In this document: piece by piece, positions 57,768 to 64,000 of the stretch | Layout: each line of letters begins with the position of its first letter | Numbering within the stretch: the first letter of the stretch is position 1 | Origin: a virus | Reading direction: 5' to 3' (one strand) | Virus record (IMG/VR): IMGVR_UViG_3300042549_007727 | DNA length: 64,000 nt | Made by a program: the position numbers and the translations under genes | The notes under the pieces: generated by a model | Told to the model about the DNA's origin: nothing | Databases searched by the model: none | Seen by the model: only the letters and a program-made list of their open reading frames with translations

Positions 57768-59914
57768 GCCCCTCTCAGGGGCTCATCTCATTCAGAGAAG
57801 TACAAGTAAATCCTGACTCGGACGTCGAGTTTGATTTACCTGATTGGGAAGACGTCCCTTCTGAAGTTAGAGCCCTACCAAATGCAGTCATCCCTGAGTT
57901 TATAGATTCTAAAGCTGTAAGGGCCCTACCAGAGTTTGCAAACTTAAGTAGATATGGTGGAGCTACTTATGAAGCTAACCTAGAAGCAGCTGCAAAAAGA
58001 GCATACCTACTGCGCGATGAGATGCACCGAAGAGCGATGCAAATCTCGAGTTTCCCGGCTAGAGACCTTCTTGGCACCGGTTATCAGCTAGATAAAAACT
58101 CTATTTCCCTAGGCGAAGAAGTTCCAGCCTCTAGCATTTCAATCCTAAGAAATGCGGCGTTTGACTCGCAAGACTTAAGTTTTGCTCGCGCTGTGGTAAA
58201 AATTGCTGGAGCAAAAAATCCCAGTTCAAATTTTTACAATGAGCAATTTGAAAAAAGTTTAGCGTTTTTTGTCCAGTTCCTTAGGTCAGACGACCCGAAT
58301 CTCACGATTGACGAAACTGTAGACGGTATCCTTGAGCGAGGGGTAAAATTTACACCTAGTTCGGGCTCGGAGAGTGTTTCGCCTTTTGGATCCATTCGAG
58401 TGCCTTTCAAGGTTACAAGAACTGAACAAACTAAAAACGGGTTCATAACTCCTTCGGTAGATATGTCTCCTTATAGGGCTTCTGTAGGAGTTTTAAATAA
58501 TTTTTATTCAAATAATTTAACTCCAACCGGCCTCAGGCCTGAAAAGACTTCGTTAGTCATTAGCGCAACTAACGAATTGGCCTCAGCTGAGTACACAAGA
58601 GTAACTACTTTGGTTAAAAAAGACGGCTTCTCGGGGGTTCAGGGAGTCAACATAGCTACAAACACGTACGGCAACGTTGTGCCTATGACTAATGAAAATG
58701 AATCTCTAGACCTTATAGCGTCTACAGTCACAAATAATACGATTATTATCAACCACGAAAGCGCTTCTAAAACACCGTCTGCTTTCAGGATAGATCCTAT
58801 AGTTGAGACAGTTCTACATGAGTACGGCCACACAGTTGAAAGCAATGTTTTGGGCGTCACCTGGGGGTGGAGCAACAACTCAAGCACTGAAGCCTATGCT
58901 GAAGTCAAGGCTAGAAAAGTTTCAGAGTACGGTGAAAACAACATTCGTGAGCACTTTGCCGAAAGTTTTGCTAAGTACCTGGGCTCAGGGCAGGCTTCTA
59001 AAGAATTTAGAGATTTCTTAGAAAACCAAGTTGGAATAAAAGAACTAAGCTTAGAGACCCTTTTGCCAAAAATTTTCCAAAATGATAATTTTGTAGACGG
59101 ACTAGAAAAATACTTAAACGAAAACGCGGATTTGGGCGGGTACACCGTAAAGATGACTTCAAAGGGTAATAACACAAAAAATGCAGATCTAAGGACCCTA
59201 TTAAATAGAAAAGGAAGTAGTAGGCATCTTGGCGTAACTCTATCGTGGGAGGCAAGCGTACTAGATTCCCAGGGTCGGGATACTGGAGGATCTGGAATGT
59301 CTAGAGCTCTAAAAGTAGATCCAAATACTGGCGAAATTACAGTCAGCCATCTATCTTTTAAGCTTGGTGACAGCGTTCAAGGTCTCGGCCTGGGGGAAAA
59401 GATCACAAAAGCAGCGGTAGAATACTATAAATCTATAGGAGCAGACAGAATAAAAACATCTGCAGCTGCCACCGATAGCTACCCAAACGGCGCTTACATG
59501 TGGGCTCTTCAAGGGTTTGATTTTGCAGATTCAGCAGAAAGAGATATGTATCACAAGAGGGTTAAGCTTGCTTATGCTGCTTTAAGCGAATATGCTGCAG
59601 ATAGCGAAAGATACAATTCTATGGACTTTATGGAAGTCAGCAGAGAAATTGCACGAAAAACAAACTCTGACCAAACCTCGCTGCTACAGCTAATCGCTGA
59701 ACTAAGAAGAAACGGTTGGGTAATCAGTAATGATCTTCTCAACCAACTAAAGTCAATAGCGGACAAAAACGGAGTAGAAGTTACAGCTAAACTTATTGCA
59801 GAAATAGGCAGAGGCAATAAAAAAGACAAGGGAAAGAAGTTTTCTACCCTTGGTAGGCACATTATGGTGGCTACTGCGAGAGGCTGGAGTGCAGTTATGG
59901 AGCTGAAGAATTGA
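57761..59914 (+). CDS. -1 frame extension or downstream ORF carrying a zincin metallopeptidase and a GNAT-like domain
   Basis: Frame is open from 57707 with no ATG/GTG/TTG from 57755 until 58022. Motifs: HEYGH...E.FAESF and QGLGLG...GAY.WA..GFDF. Confidence 0.65.
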   Translation, partial: SLGPSQGLISFREVQVNPDSDVEFDLPDWEDVPSEVRALPNAVIPEFIDSKAVRALPEFANLSRYGGATYEANLEAAAKRAYLLRDEMHRRAMQISSFPARDLLGTGYQLDKNSISLGEEVPASSISILRNAAFDSQDLSFARAVVKIAGAKNPSSNFYNEQFEKSLAFFVQFLRSDDPNLTIDETVDGILERGVKFTPSSGSESVSPFGSIRVPFKVTRTEQTKNGFITPSVDMSPYRASVGVLNNFYSNNLTPTGLRPEKTSLVISATNELASAEYTRVTTLVKKDGFSGVQGVNIATNTYGNVVPMTNENESLDLIASTVTNNTIIINHESASKTPSAFRIDPIVETVLHEYGHTVESNVLGVTWGWSNNSSTEAYAEVKARKVSEYGENNIREHFAESFAKYLGSGQASKEFRDFLENQVGIKELSLETLLPKIFQNDNFVDGLEKYLNENADLGGYTVKMTSKGNNTKNADLRTLLNRKGSSRHLGVTLSWEASVLDSQGRDTGGSGMSRALKVDPNTGEITVSHLSFKLGDSVQGLGLGEKITKAAVEYYKSIGADRIKTSAAATDSYPNGAYMWALQGFDFADSAERDMYHKRVKLAYAALSEYAADSERYNSMDFMEVSREIARKTNSDQTSLLQLIAELRRNGWVISNDLLNQLKSIADKNGVEVTAKLIAEIGRGNKKDKGKKFSTLGRHIMVATARGWSAVMELKN

Positions 59915-60261
59915 ACGAATTAAGCGAATATAGAGACTTATACTTTAATTTTATATCGACTAGGCAGCTACCAGACGATATTGAAGAGTGGCCCGAGGCA
60001 GATCAAGAAGAGTTTTATGCCCTGTCAGATGAGCTCTCTGCTAAGTACCGTAAGGCAGAAGAGGAGCGTCTAGCACGTCCTCTAGATAAGCAAGAGCCTG
60101 AAGGCTTCTACATGATAAACATCACCCTAGAGACTGATGACGGTCCTATATATCAGAAGCTGGACATCAGGACCTTACCGCTAGAAAAGCTCTCGTCGCT
60201 GTGCGCTACTTTCCCCCAGTACAACGACTACTACTTTAAAAAAGCACTAAACATACAATAA
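59911..60261 (+). CDS. Small acidic protein coupled to the effector-like ORF
   Basis: TTGA overlap with the upstream stop. Confidence 0.6.
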   Translation: MNELSEYRDLYFNFISTRQLPDDIEEWPEADQEEFYALSDELSAKYRKAEEERLARPLDKQEPEGFYMINITLETDDGPIYQKLDIRTLPLEKLSSLCATFPQYNDYYFKKALNIQ

Positions 60262-60325
60262 TTAATAGTATGATAAACTTATAGCTAGATCCAACTAGCT
60301 AGTAGAGAAATAGGATCAGGACATT

Positions 60326-60724
60326 ATGGCTGAAGAGCAAACTTTCAACGTCTCTCTCGAACCCACTATTTACTTCTATGTAAATAAAGACAGCGGGGAG
60401 GTCGAGTACGTATCTATGTATACCATCTTTGGTAACACTGTCCGCGCTAAAGGCGAAAAATGGACCATGGGTACCAGAGACATGCTAGCAAAATACTACT
60501 CCCCTGACTACGAAATCTGGTCTTACGACTGGTCTAACGAAGACGACACTCCTGGCAGCGGATCTGCAGACCCAGACGACGAAGACAGCTGGGAAATAGA
60601 CTTAGTCCAAGACTGGGCTAGAGGCGAAGACTTGACCAGAGCTGACCTAGAGGAAACCTGCAAGCTGGTCAACTCTGGAGAGTACATGAGCGCCGAAGAA
60701 GCCGAAAGCATTCCAGGAGAATAA
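60326..60724 (+). CDS. Acidic hypothetical protein
   Basis: Own -10 element (TAAACT) and AGGA RBS. Confidence 0.65.
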   Translation: MAEEQTFNVSLEPTIYFYVNKDSGEVEYVSMYTIFGNTVRAKGEKWTMGTRDMLAKYYSPDYEIWSYDWSNEDDTPGSGSADPDDEDSWEIDLVQDWARGEDLTRADLEETCKLVNSGEYMSAEEAESIPGE

Positions 60725-60726
60725 AT

Positions 60727-63700
60727 ATGTCCGATGCTCGTATGTATACAATCCCAGGTGGAGTTCAGGCCGAAGCAAAAAAAGCTCTTGCATGGCGTAA
60801 AGAGTACAAGCGCGGTGGTACACCTGTTGGATTGAATACTGCACGCACTCTTGCTAAGGGCGGACAGATTGGCATTGAGAAAATTCGTCACATTGCTAAA
60901 TACTTCCCTCGTCACGAAGTTGATAAAAAGGGTAAGGGCTGGGCACCAGGCGAAGACAAGTTTCCTTCTAACGGTCGTATTGCATGGGCACTCTGGGGCG
61001 GAGACGCTGGACAGCGTTGGGCATCTGCAATTGTAGAACGTGTAAATAAAAAAGAATCTACCACTGCTTCTGCTGGCATATACGGTGTAGAAGATTTACA
61101 GCCAGAGAGCGAATTAAACGCTTTCAAAATGGCGCATGAATTAGACCCGAACGTTGGTCCAGAGTTTATGTGCCGAGTTCGTCTAGACAACTCTGGAATC
61201 GACAGACTATACAAAATAGACATTGATGGTCAGATTTATGTCTGGGATGGTTCCGTTTGGGACAACATGGGAGACGTCGATGGAGATGTCTATCTCTATG
61301 ACTCAGAGCTAGATAATCCAGACGATTTAGTAAAGAAGACCCATGTTTTGGTGGACCCTTCTTCTGCTGTAGTTATCTCTGCATTCCTACAAGAGCGCCC
61401 TTTCACTCCAGTACTTCTAGAGGAGATTGACCCTGAGGAAACTCAGATGATGTACGACGCTCTAGCTGAAGAAGATTTTGACTTCATAGACAGAGTTATA
61501 ACTTCTGCCGGTGTCCCTCTTTCAGGGGAAGGCGACGGTGTCTACACCGAAGACGAGCGTTCAGAGAATGCATCAAAGCAGGTAAGAGACGCTACTGGAA
61601 GATTTGCTACTGTAGGTCAGAGAGTGGCCGTGGGCGGAGACATACAAAGAGGCTCTGGAACTATAACCAAACTAGACGCAAAAAATGGGTTAGTCGACGT
61701 TAAACTAGACAGTGGAAAAACTGTAACTATTGATAGCAAATTCAGCCAGCCACTAAAAAATATCCCTGGCCCTATAGCAACACCTAAACTTCAAGATGTA
61801 CCTTTAGATTTGTCCGGCATAATTGGGGAACCTAGAACACCAATTAATATGCCAAAGGCACACCTTCCGGGCTCGCTGCCCCCTATGACTTCAGACGAGC
61901 TTCAACTTATGCTTGACGACTTTCCTAGTTATGTCAGACGCATGCGTCAGTCCTACAAACCTTACGATAAGGCGGACAAAGATAGGGTGCAAAAGAGATG
62001 GGGCTCAGACGTAGCTCAAGAGGCGTCTATATTAGCTTCGGCTGAGAAAGAGGAAGCTCTAACCCCAGAGACTACAGATGTTCCTGCTAAATACTTAGCC
62101 ATAGTATCTCCAGACGACCTTGAAGCGGTTATGGACTTAGTAGCAATAGTACCTGCGTCTAAATCATCTACCGAGCCTACTACTTATGTCAGAGAAGACG
62201 AGAAGTGGGTACCAAATCCTCAAATTCTGCGCGATCTAAAGTCAGCTTCGCCACCACCGGTTGCAGCTCTAACTGACAAAGATATCTTGAACGATGTTCT
62301 CTTGCAGGTTGATGGCAAAGCTCCAGTTGTTGCAACTGGGTTGCCATTCTTCTTGTTCTGGGAAAAAGTTGTAGAGCCAATTCTGGCTGCTGGTGGACTA
62401 GACCGTAACCGAGGCAATGCCGAAGAACTTCGACGCTACTGGACATCCGGTAAGGGTGCTGCCAAGATCCGCTGGGGTACTCCCGGAGACTGGACCCGCT
62501 GCGTCCGCAACCTCTCTAAGTACATGGGCCCTCGTGCGAAGGGCTACTGCCAGCTTCGCCACAAGGATGCAACTGGTGTATACACCGGGAGCAAATTAAA
62601 CCCTGGTAAGAAAGATAAGTCTTTTAGTACTTTGACTAACTTGTACGTTTCAGAAGAAGCGTTTGATGAGACTATGATTCAAAGATCTAGTCAATCAGCA
62701 GCAGCTAAAGATGCTCGAGAGAAAATTGGACTAGTTGCATCCATTAAAACTGGTAAAGGCTCAAGCTTCACAATTCCAATGCTAGTTCCAGAAGAAGTAG
62801 AGTCTGGAGACGGTAGGAAGTTCCGTAAGGGCTCTATCTCGCTGCGAGACCTGCCAGTCCCTCTACTTTGGCAGATAAAAACTGGATCAGGGCACGATGG
62901 CTCTGTAGTAGTTGGAAGAATTAACACCATAGAAAGAATTGAAGGCGGGCTAGGAAATGCGTCAGGAGTATTTGACGACGGCCCGTATGGAAAAGAAGCA
63001 GAGCGTCTTGTTAGAAACGGGTTCCTTCGCGGTGTATCCGTTGACCTAGATCAGTTTGAGGCAAAAGAAGATAAAAAGCCTAAATCTGAACTTGCAGATG
63101 GCGATGACGAGCAAGAAATCGGTAAAGACAAACTCACTATAAATAAGGCACGCGTAATGGCTGCTACAATTGTAGCTAAGCCGGCATTCCAAGAATGCTC
63201 TATTTTACTTAATGCCGAGGGGGATCAGGAGGAAAACATGACCCCACAAGATGGCGTATATGAAGAGTCTGTCACAGACTTTACTGACGTTGAGCCGCTA
63301 CTAGCTTCAGGATTTCTAGACTCAGAGATACCTGTACTACCACCACAAGAGTGGTTTGAAGACCCTAAGCTAACTAAGCCAACCCCTCTAACTGTAGACC
63401 CAAGCGGTCGCATCTACGGACACATTGCAGCATGGCACGTAAACCACATTGGTATGCCTCGCTCAACTCGTCCACCGCGCTCTCGTAGCAAGTACGCATA
63501 CTTCCACACTGGAGTAGTTAAGACTGATGCAGGCAAGGATGTTCCAGTTGGACAGCTAACTCTTGCTGGCGGTCACGCAGACCTACACGCTAGCGCATCT
63601 CAGGCTGCTAAGCACTACGACGACACAGCTTCTGCAATCGCAGACGTACATGCCGGAGAAGATGAGTTTGGTATCTACGTATGCGGCTCACTGCGTCCAG

Positions 63701-64000
63701 ATGCAAGCGAGATGCAGATCCGTGCACTACGTGCTTCTGCCCCTTCGGGTGACTGGAGACCAATCAACGGCGCTCTAGAGCTTGTTGCAGTTTGTCAGGT
63801 TAACGTTCCAGGATTCCCTATCGCTCGTGCGCTAGTTGCCTCTGGAAAGATTATGGCTTTGGTTGCTGCTGGTGCTAACTACATGGCAATTCTTAAGAGT
63901 GAGCACGTAGAGCACTTTGCGACTAGGGCGCTTCTACTTTCGCAGCTTGCATCAACCTCTCCAGACCTTAAAGGCAGAGTTCGTACTGCTAAAAAAGCTG
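60727..64000 (+). CDS. Capsid maturation protease / multidomain head polyprotein, 3' truncated
   Basis: ATG 60727 with AGGAG RBS; missing from the ORF track, consistent with no stop before the window end. N-terminal RHEVDKKG..PSNGRIAWALWGG; KIRWGTPGDWTRC; GDGR.F..G....R..P.PL..Q protease block; C-terminal GHIAAW...YAYFHTG...HYDDT...SGDWR...VNVPGFP. Confidence 0.8.
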   Translation, partial: MSDARMYTIPGGVQAEAKKALAWRKEYKRGGTPVGLNTARTLAKGGQIGIEKIRHIAKYFPRHEVDKKGKGWAPGEDKFPSNGRIAWALWGGDAGQRWASAIVERVNKKESTTASAGIYGVEDLQPESELNAFKMAHELDPNVGPEFMCRVRLDNSGIDRLYKIDIDGQIYVWDGSVWDNMGDVDGDVYLYDSELDNPDDLVKKTHVLVDPSSAVVISAFLQERPFTPVLLEEIDPEETQMMYDALAEEDFDFIDRVITSAGVPLSGEGDGVYTEDERSENASKQVRDATGRFATVGQRVAVGGDIQRGSGTITKLDAKNGLVDVKLDSGKTVTIDSKFSQPLKNIPGPIATPKLQDVPLDLSGIIGEPRTPINMPKAHLPGSLPPMTSDELQLMLDDFPSYVRRMRQSYKPYDKADKDRVQKRWGSDVAQEASILASAEKEEALTPETTDVPAKYLAIVSPDDLEAVMDLVAIVPASKSSTEPTTYVREDEKWVPNPQILRDLKSASPPPVAALTDKDILNDVLLQVDGKAPVVATGLPFFLFWEKVVEPILAAGGLDRNRGNAEELRRYWTSGKGAAKIRWGTPGDWTRCVRNLSKYMGPRAKGYCQLRHKDATGVYTGSKLNPGKKDKSFSTLTNLYVSEEAFDETMIQRSSQSAAAKDAREKIGLVASIKTGKGSSFTIPMLVPEEVESGDGRKFRKGSISLRDLPVPLLWQIKTGSGHDGSVVVGRINTIERIEGGLGNASGVFDDGPYGKEAERLVRNGFLRGVSVDLDQFEAKEDKKPKSELADGDDEQEIGKDKLTINKARVMAATIVAKPAFQECSILLNAEGDQEENMTPQDGVYEESVTDFTDVEPLLASGFLDSEIPVLPPQEWFEDPKLTKPTPLTVDPSGRIYGHIAAWHVNHIGMPRSTRPPRSRSKYAYFHTGVVKTDAGKDVPVGQLTLAGGHADLHASASQAAKHYDDTASAIADVHAGEDEFGIYVCGSLRPDASEMQIRALRASAPSGDWRPINGALELVAVCQVNVPGFPIARALVASGKIMALVAAGANYMAILKSEHVEHFATRALLLSQLASTSPDLKGRVRTAKKA

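Overview
A 64-kb segment of a large tailed-phage genome with GC in the low-to-mid 40s % by eye. Its host is most likely an actinobacterium: it has leaderless genes, a short-variable-arm tRNA-Leu(TAA), a ClgR-like regulator, and an actinophage-type portal and head protease. Layout, left to right: (1) <1-10.4 kb: end of a collagen-like fibre gene, three 2OG-Fe(II) oxygenases, a serine recombinase, SGNH-like proteins, dUTPase, a DNA methyltransferase and two tRNAs. (2) 10.4-27.6 kb: four cell-wall hydrolases, a nuclease, an FN3/Pro-Glu surface protein, a fourth 2OG oxygenase, an HDAC-family deacetylase, an AT-rich inverted-repeat region and a CHAP/holin pair. (3) 27.2-44.6 kb: an all-plus-strand early-like region almost free of GATC and TTAA. 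From 30.7 kb it is divided into 15 promoter-gene(s)-terminator units, each opened by a co-oriented 13-bp repeat GTATCCACTTTTT. Cargo includes a MoxR AAA+/vWA pair, a ClgR-like HTH, a GNAT and a secreted subtilisin. (4) 44.6-45.3 kb: a non-coding boundary. (5) 45.3-64 kb: HTH proteins, NlpC/P60, terminase, portal, Dps, a HiPIP/ParB-like mosaic protein, a giant protein apparently extended by a -1 frameshift into metallopeptidase and GNAT domains, and a head protease polyprotein that runs off the window end. The top leads are the 13-bp-repeat cassette array with its palindrome avoidance, and the frameshift-extended virion effector. All calls come from motif recognition by eye; no database searches were run.
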